Part shown: positions 56,743-64,000 of the stretch, one piece after another
Layout of the letters: each line of letters opens with the position of its first letter
Numbering within the stretch: the first letter of the stretch is position 1
NCBI GenBank assembly: GCA_032718475.1
Contig: JAUCBJ010008627.1
Coordinates: 22,763 to 86,762 of the forward strand
DNA from: Nemertoderma westbladi
Lineage: Eukaryota; Animalia; Xenacoelomorpha
Reading direction: 5' to 3'
Length of the DNA stretch: 64,000 bases
Translations under genes and position numbers: made by a program
Notes under the pieces: model-generated
What the model was told of the DNA's origin: nothing
Database searches by the model: none
Seen by the model: the letters and a program-made list of their open reading frames with translations, nothing else

Positions 56743-57976
56743 CAGGGGCGGTATCCATAGAGTTAGTATTAGTTACAGCTACTTAGTGACAGCTTTTAGT
56801 AAGAGCTGCAACTATGTTTAGTAAGAGCATCTGTTACTAAAATCAACTGATTTTAGTAAGAGCATTGACTTAACTAAGTTTCAAATAGCCCTTAAAAAAT
56901 ATCAGTATTCATAAACTGTTACTAAACTTAGTTCTAGCCTATTAGTACCAGTGCCGGTACATTAACTTATGTTTATCAAAAGCTTTCTGTTTAAACTTAA
57001 GGACGGTAGCTATGCCCTGCATTTCTCTATGTTTACTGTTTTACTAGTATTCGATAGCCTACATTATACCCATTAATTTTATTGGTCACTAAAACAATTC
57101 CTGTTTTCCGGTAAATTTTTTTCGTTATCAAATATATATTTCCTCCACTCAATTTAATTATCACTAAAATAGATTTTTGAATAATCAAAAATAAATTTGT
57201 TACGGCCTGTTGTAATAAAATACCTTCATTATTTAGGTTAGAATAACGTGGCACTGTAAGCTGCCCTTTCCCACATTTTAGCAATAATTTATAATTAATA
57301 GATTTAATGTTAATTAATAGATTTTAGTGGAAACTGAATAATTTAGTGATTTCCTGTTAAAATTTTAGTGAAAAATAATTATTTTCAGTAAGGCGATAAA
57401 TCAATTGGCTACCATTATCGAATACAATTATTTACATTCGGTAATAGAGAGGAAAAGAATGAAGTGGGAACGCTACCGCTTTTTCATCTTGCGAAAGTTC
57501 GCGAATGGTAAAATTCTTTAGCGAAACACATTTTTCAACGGACGCGGACCGTTCGGGAGCAATCTCACCATTCAAGAATGTACGCTGAAATTTGGAAATT
57601 TAAGTTGGATATATGTTTAAAAAACAAAAAGCTTTATGTCGTCACATTTGACAGTTTCTCTGTAACAACACATTTGCAATGAACACAGAATGCTAATGTG
57701 GCCGGAGTCGTCAGTAACATAATAGCCATACTGTATGTATGAAGGTCAATAGGCAATAACTAAGCGTTCTTACCAACTTAGAAATTTAAGTTACAGCTAA
57801 TACCAACTTAAGTAAGACTAAATTCTATGAATACGAGTTTAGCAACAACTAGTACTAAATACGTTAGTAATAAGTCGCACCAACTTCTCTGAATACCGAA
57901 TTAGTACAAGCACTTACTAACTTGATGTGACTAGGACCAAGTTCCTAGTTAGTCACATTTATGAATACCGCCCCTG
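56743..57976. mobile_element. Non-autonomous TIR element (~1.23 kb), PIF/Harbinger-like ends
   Basis: CAGGGGCGGTATCCATA at 56743 and TATGAATACCGCCCCTG ending at 57976 (16/17 match). TSD not resolved. Confidence 0.7.
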
Positions 57977-58339
57977 ATTACTGCTGGGCTGGCCAGTCCT
58001 TGAGTATAGTCTTGCTCCTTGGTAATACCTGAATACTGTAATATACAGAATATAGCAGTCAGGCAGTATAGGTATCTGTCTGTCTGTTGTCTTTATGTAC
58101 CGGTAGCATGTATAGGCCTGGCCTGCTATCACGTTCTGACGATCAGGATATATTCCAGTATTCAGAACTATAGGCCTACTACACTACAAACTTTATATAA
58201 CCATACCTGCATAGCTGCATACATATGGAAATCCATCACATCTTTCATCTTCTTTAAAAAAATTGAACATACCGGTACCACACTGCAATTTGAAAGATGT
58301 AAGTTGATAGATGAAAGACCTTGTATCAATGTTTCCATA

Positions 58340-59740
58340 GACCTGAAAGGAGCAGGTTACAGACTGACAGAGGCGTGTTGGGGGAACCAAAACAATAAAC
58401 GAAAGTTAACACATGTTACAAGATTATGCAGGTTACTTTTATTTGGATACATGACCGAACGTAATCAGGATCGAATGTAACATAGTTATTACGTATCGAA
58501 CGTAACCGTAATTATGTTACATTGGATCCTATGACTATGTTACATTCGATCTACAAATTACTAAGCTCGAATGTAACATTGCCATTTACAGACTTAAAGG
58601 AGCAGGTTACAGAGGCGTGTAGGGGGAACCAAAACAATAAACTAAAGTTAACACATGTTACAAGATTATGCATGTAACTTTTATTTAAAGGCTGAAAGGA
58701 GCAGGTTACAGAGGCATGTTGGGGAGAACCAAAACAAGAAACGAACGTTAACACATGTTACAAGATTATGCAGGTTACTTAATTGGGTCTTGGGTCTTTG
58801 TTTTGTACTCACCAACACCAAACTGTTTCTTCCTATAATTATACGAAACATTTCATCGGTTAACTCCTGAAATCAAAACACAACTGAAATAAATGTATGT
58901 TACATTCGAGCTTAGTAATTTGTAGATCGAATGTAACACAGTTATAGGATCCAATGTAACATAATTGAGGTTACGTTCGATTCGTAAAATCTATGTTACA
59001 TTCGATCCTGATTACGTTCTGTCTGTCACCCCTTTTATTTAAAGGCTGAAAGGAGCAGGTTGCAGAGGCATGTTGGGGGAACCAAAACAATAAACGAAAG
59101 TTAACACATGTTACAAGATTATGCAGGTTACTTTTATTTAAAGGCTGAAAGGAGCAGGTTACAGAGGCATGTTGGGGGAACCAAAACAATAAACGAAAGT
59201 TAACACATGTTACAAGATTATGCAGGTTACTTAATTGGGTCTTTGTTATGTACTCACCATTACCAAACTGTTTCTTCCTGTAAATAAACGAATCATTTCG
59301 TCGGTTAACTCCTGAAATCAAAACACAACTGAAATAAATGTATGTTACATTCGAGCTTAGTTATTTAATTTGTAGATCGAATGTAACATAGTTATAGCAG
59401 TATAGGATCCAACGTAACATAATTGAGGTTTTAAAAAAATTCGCATAAAAAAAAATTTTATTTCTTTTTAATCTCGAGTTTTAATTCCTGAATTGCTTGG
59501 TTTTTGCTGTTATTTTAATAAATAATAAAAAATAATATACATAACTATTAACAATAGGCCTAGTATTACTACAGTGCCTCCACCTCCTGCACTGTACCGG
59601 TACTGTAGGTAGTTCAGTAGTTGTACGTACAGTAGTACTGGTGCAGTGTTCTGTAACCTGCTCCTTTCTCTCAATTGGTAAAGTGGCCGTTTATTGTTTT
59701 GGTTAGAAAAGCCTGCCTCTGTAACCTGCTTCTTTCCCTC
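58340..59740. repeat. Cluster of ~100-bp direct repeats and inverted ATGTTACATTCG/CGAATGTAACAT blocks; probable DNA-transposon end remnants
   Basis: AAAGGAGCAGGTTACAGAGGC...GAACCAAAACAATAAAC near 58346, 58596, 58696, 59049 and 59148. Inverted TCTGTAACCTGCT at ~59650 and ~59718. TTAA-AGG at 58594 resembles a Kolobok-type end. Confidence 0.6.
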
Positions 59741-60163
59741 AATTGGTTTATGACGTGTGTTACTTCAGTAGGCCTACTTATATTCTGATATTAGGCCTAC
59801 AGTGTATAGTATTAGCCTACTGTATTATGTGGAGGCCCCCAACCCCAAACACGTTAATCCCCTATATACTGCCTTAGTAGTCGTACTATAGGCTATGCCT
59901 GACTATAGAGTAGGCCCTAGTTGTAGGCCTATTAAACTACCGGGACTTGTAGGCCTACTTTTATTGGTCTAGATTTAAATGTTAATACCGTACCGGTAAT
60001 ATAAATTGTCAGTTAATTCACAGTTACTTGTATATCATTATTTCTATATTTGGCATTGAATTTGAGGATCTGCATCGCATGTTTGATTCATGGTAGTACT
60101 TTACTTTAGTATTGTTTCAAAAATTCCTGTAGTTACTTACCCCTCACTATCTGCTTCCCAAAG

Positions 60164-60316
60164 ATGACGGTAGATAATATTGTAACCGAGGCCAATGATG
60201 CCGTTACTGCGGCAGAACTTGAGCAGCAGAGAGAATTGATGAGACCAGCAAATATAAAGCAAGATGTTCGGGAAATGGAACAGAGGAAAAGAGTATCTAT
60301 GATACTAAATAGTCCA
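60164..60316 (+). CDS. ADD1: Adducin (hts/ADD family), first coding exon
   Basis: MTVDNIVTEANDAVTAAELEQQRELMRPANIKQDVREMEQRKRVSMILNSP followed by a GTAAGT donor; matches the adducin MEQKKRVSMILQSP motif. Confidence 0.9.
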
Positions 60317-60558
60317 GTAAGTAAATCATCGAGTTAAAGTTGGTCAATATAATAGTAACTAATAATAAAAACCGTCCCTTGTAAAAACGTAAAGGTAAAT
60401 GGTTTCAAATTTCAATAGTCCGTTTCTATGAATCTATACATGTACCGGTACCGGTATACAACTAAATGGTATTTCCACTATAAATATATTAGTCGCGCGG
60501 TATATATTTGTATTTGTTTTTTTTCATTCATTAATATGTTTTAAATGTTTCTCCCCAG

Positions 60559-60712
60559 GCGTTTCGAGCGGAACTTGAAAGTATTGTAGAAGCGCAGTTG
60601 AAGGATGGCTTCCATCCCACTAGCCTCAAAGCTTTGCAGCAACTCGCCGATATTTGTGTTCCTCATTACCGCTTCAACCAATCTATGGGGGGATTCGGGG
60701 GTATGGGTAAAG
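60559..60712 (+). CDS. ADD1: Adducin, second coding exon
   Basis: CCCCAG acceptor; AFRAELESIVEAQLKDGFHPTSLKALQQLADICVPHYRFNQSMGGFGGMGK; GTATGT donor, phase 1. Confidence 0.9.
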
Positions 60713-60899
60713 GTATGTACATATTGTTGGTGGGGGGGGGGGGGGGGGGGGGTCAAGGTATGTCTAGGTATATACTAGAGTTGAAACAGAGACTTGTCAC
60801 TGATCTCTGGATTCTCAGGGCGGTATTTTGGTCTCCGGATAGGTCTCTGGTTCCCGGATATTGAAACAGTTATTTTACCCAGAGATCAGTGATTTTCAA

Positions 60900-61345
60900 A
60901 TTATTATTATTGTTACAATCATACACATCCCTAAATATGGTACAGAGTACATACGATAGGTACGAGATACTATAGCTAGCCACAACGGAATATACAATGT
61001 AAAGGAGTGAATAAATGACATGTACAGCAAATAAATGGGACTGTACGTAATTAAAATTGAATATTGAATATTTAAGAAGTTGCAATATATTGTAAAATAT
61101 CGTTAATTTCTTGCACATTAAATCCAACAATATCAGCTGACTGGAAACGTACGTCTGTTAGTTCCTTTAAAAATATTACCTTCCATTCATCATCACTACG
61201 TAAGGGTACATAATTCAAGTTCTTTACCAAACTGGTTGTTAACTCACTTAGATTCAAAATATTGCACAAATTACCAATCATACGAAGGTTAGATCCACTG
61301 CGTGATCTACAGTCAAATAAACACAAAGCGTTTACTAGAAATCTG
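60900..61345 (-). mobile_element. 3' remnant of a non-LTR retrotransposon in an adducin intron
   Basis: ORF 61072-61326 DCRSRSGSNLR...DDEWKVIFLKEL...GFNVQEINDILQYIATS* resembles the C-termini of invertebrate LINE ORF2 proteins; followed by a short UTR ending in (ATA)n. Confidence 0.55.
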
Positions 61346-61689
61346 TAAATTATAAATATATATTTATCTTGTACAACATAAAATTCAATATTTTATATAA
61401 TAATATATTTTATATAATATAATATTTTTTCACACATCTTTTCACCTTGTTGTCACCTATATATTACGGCGAACAACTGATGAGATCGAGCGTAACGAGG
61501 CTTGTAAGGGTGGCGAGTAGTGTACTACACCTGTACGTACACTAACTATATTCGTAAATGACCAAGTTTATAATACATTGAATTGAAAGGTATATGATTT
61601 GAACAATTGTAAAGTATGGCATACATTTTGTATTTTTATTCGCTAATTATATTCGTTCCAAATTTCATGCTATATATTCACGAATATTG

Positions 61690-61853
61690 TCGCGACTCTC
61701 TAGTATTAAAGATCGCGACTCTAGTATTAAAGATCCCGACTTTATTATTAAAGATCGCGACTTTATTATTAAAGATCGCGACTTTATTATTAAAGTCACG
61801 ACTTTATTATTAAAGATCGCGACTTTATTATTAAAGTCGCGACTTTATTATTT
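61690..61853 (+). repeat. 21-bp tandem repeat (~8 copies)
   Basis: CGCGACTTTATTATTAAAGAT and variants. Confidence 0.9.
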
Positions 61854-62023
61854 TAGTTGCGAATTCTGTTTTGTTTGTTAATTTGATTTGTTTAAACTAG
61901 AACTACAGGTATGCTTATCACGGCCTTCTGTAGCCGGCCGTGAAGAGCATAGTGTTAGTGTATAGGACATTATTTCATTATTTGGCAGATTATTTTATTC
62001 GTGTTACATTTTATTTTTTCCAG

Positions 62024-62172
62024 GAACTGCAATCAATCCGATCGCTGACATTCGGGTTGCTGATGCGACCAACTATGGGAAAGGCGAGAAACTAACTCGT
62101 TGTAAATTAGCAGCTCTTTATAGATTGATCGACTTACATGGATGGAACGAACCTATTCTACAAAGTTGCACG
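62024..62172 (+). CDS. ADD1: Adducin, third coding exon (start of the class II aldolase-like head); gene continues beyond
   Basis: TTCCAG acceptor; (G)[49 protein letters not shown]; GTTAGT donor. Splice phases are consistent with the previous exon. Confidence 0.92.
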
Positions 62173-62354
62173 GTTAGTCTATTATATTGTTTGGATACGA
62201 TAATATTCGTTGTCAAATGTACTCTATATCAATTGGTTGTATTTCCCGGTTGGATACTAAAGGTGTGTTTAGTTGAGACAGGCGATCGTGTACAGAGACA
62301 TCCCCCCCCCCCCCTCCCCAACTAATTTGGTTTATTTTCCCCGATAATATCCTA

Positions 62355-64000
62355 ACTTCCCCCAGACTCGTGTCTCATCCTCCTAAATATCTTGTTTACT
62401 TCCCCCAGACTCGTGTCTCATCCCCCTAAAGCTCTTGTTCACTTCCCCCAGACTCGTGTCTCACCCTCCTAAATATCTAATTTCTCATTTACTTCCCCCA
62501 GAATTGTGTCTCACCCTCCTAAATCTCTCGTTTACTTTCCCCAGACTCGTGTCGCATCCCCCTAAAGCTCTTGTTCACTTCCCCCAGACTCGTGTCTCAC
62601 CCTCCTAAATATCTCATTTCTCATTTACTTCCCCCAGAATTGTGTCTCATCCCCCTAAAGCTCTTGTTTACTTCCCCCAGACTGAGACTCGTGTCTCATC
62701 CCCCTAAAGCTCTTGTTCACTTCCCCCAGACTCGTGTATCATCCCCCTAAATATCTTGTTTACTTCCCCCAGACTCGTGTCTCACCCTCCTAAATATCTC
62801 ATTTCTCATTTACTTCCCCCAGAATTGTGTCTCATCCCCCTAAATATCTCATTTACTTCCCCCAGACACGTGTATCATCCCCCTAAATATCTTGTTTACT
62901 TCCCCCAGACTCGTGTCTCACCCTCCTAAATATCTCATTTCTCATTTACTTCCCCCAGAATTGTGTCTCATCCCCCTAAATATCTTGTTTACTTCCCCCA
63001 GACTCGTGTCTCACCCTCCTAAATATATCTTGTTTACTTCCCCCAGACTCGTGTCTCGCCCTCCTAAATATCTAATTTCTCATTTACTTCCCCCAGAATT
63101 GTGTCTCATCCTTCTAAATATCTTGTTTACTTCCCCCAGACTCGTGTCGCATCTCCCTAAAGCTCTTGTTTACTTCCCCCAGACTCGTGTCTCACCCTCC
63201 TAAATATCTCATTTCTCATTTACTCCCCCCAGAATTGTGTCTCATCCTCCTAAATATCTTGTTTACTTCCCCCAGACTCGTGTCGCATCTCCCTAAAGCT
63301 CTTGTTTACTTCCCCCAGACTCGTGTCTCACCCTCCTAAATATCTCATTTCTCATTTACTTCCCCCAGAATTGTGTCTCATCCTCCTAAATATCTTGTTT
63401 ACTTTCCCCAGACTCGTGTCGCATCTCCCTAAAGCTCTTGTTTGCTTCCCCCAGACTCGTGTCTCACCCTCCTAAATATCTAATTTCTCATTTACTTCCC
63501 CCAGAATTGTGTCTCATCCTCCTAAATATCTTGTTCACTTCCCCCAGACTCGTGTCTCACCCTCCTAAATATCTAATTTCTCATTTACTTCCCCCAGAAT
63601 TGTGTCTCATCCTCCTAAATATCTTGTTCACTTCCCCCAGACTCATGTCTCATCCCCCTAAATATCTTGTTCACTTCCCCCAGACTCGTGTCTCACCCTC
63701 CTAAATATCTAATTTCTCATTTACTTACCCCTGAATTGTGTCTCATCCTCCTAAATATCTTGTTCACTTCCCCCAGACTCGTGTCTCATCCCCCTAAATA
63801 TCTTGTTCACTTCCCCCAGACTCGTGTCTCATCCCCCTAAATATCTTGTTTACTTCCCCCAGACTCGTGTCTCACCCTCCTAAATATCTAATTTCTCATT
63901 TACTCCCCCCAGAATTGTGTCTCATCCTCCTAAATATCTTGTTCACTTCCCCCAGACTCGTGTCTCATCCCCCTAAATATCTTGTTCACTTCCCCCAGAC
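62355..64000 (+). repeat. Intronic minisatellite of 43/51-bp units with ~137-bp higher-order structure
   Basis: CTTCCCCCAGACTCGTGTCTCATCCCCCTAAATATCTTGTTTA alternates with a longer unit containing ATTTCTCATTTA, followed by an AGAATTGTG variant. Confidence 0.93.

Overview
AT-rich, repeat-dominated animal (probably invertebrate) genomic DNA. Two host genes flank a block of transposable elements. An intronless SLC18B1-like MFS transporter (minus strand) runs off the left edge, and three adducin coding exons lie at about 60.2-62.2 kb. Between them are: (i) LINE and MITE debris plus a 32-bp minisatellite (1-6.6 kb); (ii) a ~26-kb head-to-tail array of non-autonomous Helentron/HINE-like rolling-circle elements of several subtypes, carrying a GAGCC satellite and an RTEX-like LINE insertion (7.07-33.07 kb); (iii) a complete ~21-kb minus-strand BEL/Pao LTR retrotransposon (35262-56456, ATCGG target-site duplication). 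The LTR element is the most unusual item. In the env position it carries a large accessory ORF with a WRN/EXD/Mut-7-like DEDDy 3'-5' exonuclease and CCHC zinc knuckles, preceded by a structured spacer. It has no tRNA-type PBS; instead the 11 nt next to the 5' LTR are perfectly complementary to an 11-mer inside the LTR, as in Tf1-type self-priming. All family calls come from motif recognition by eye; no database searches were run.
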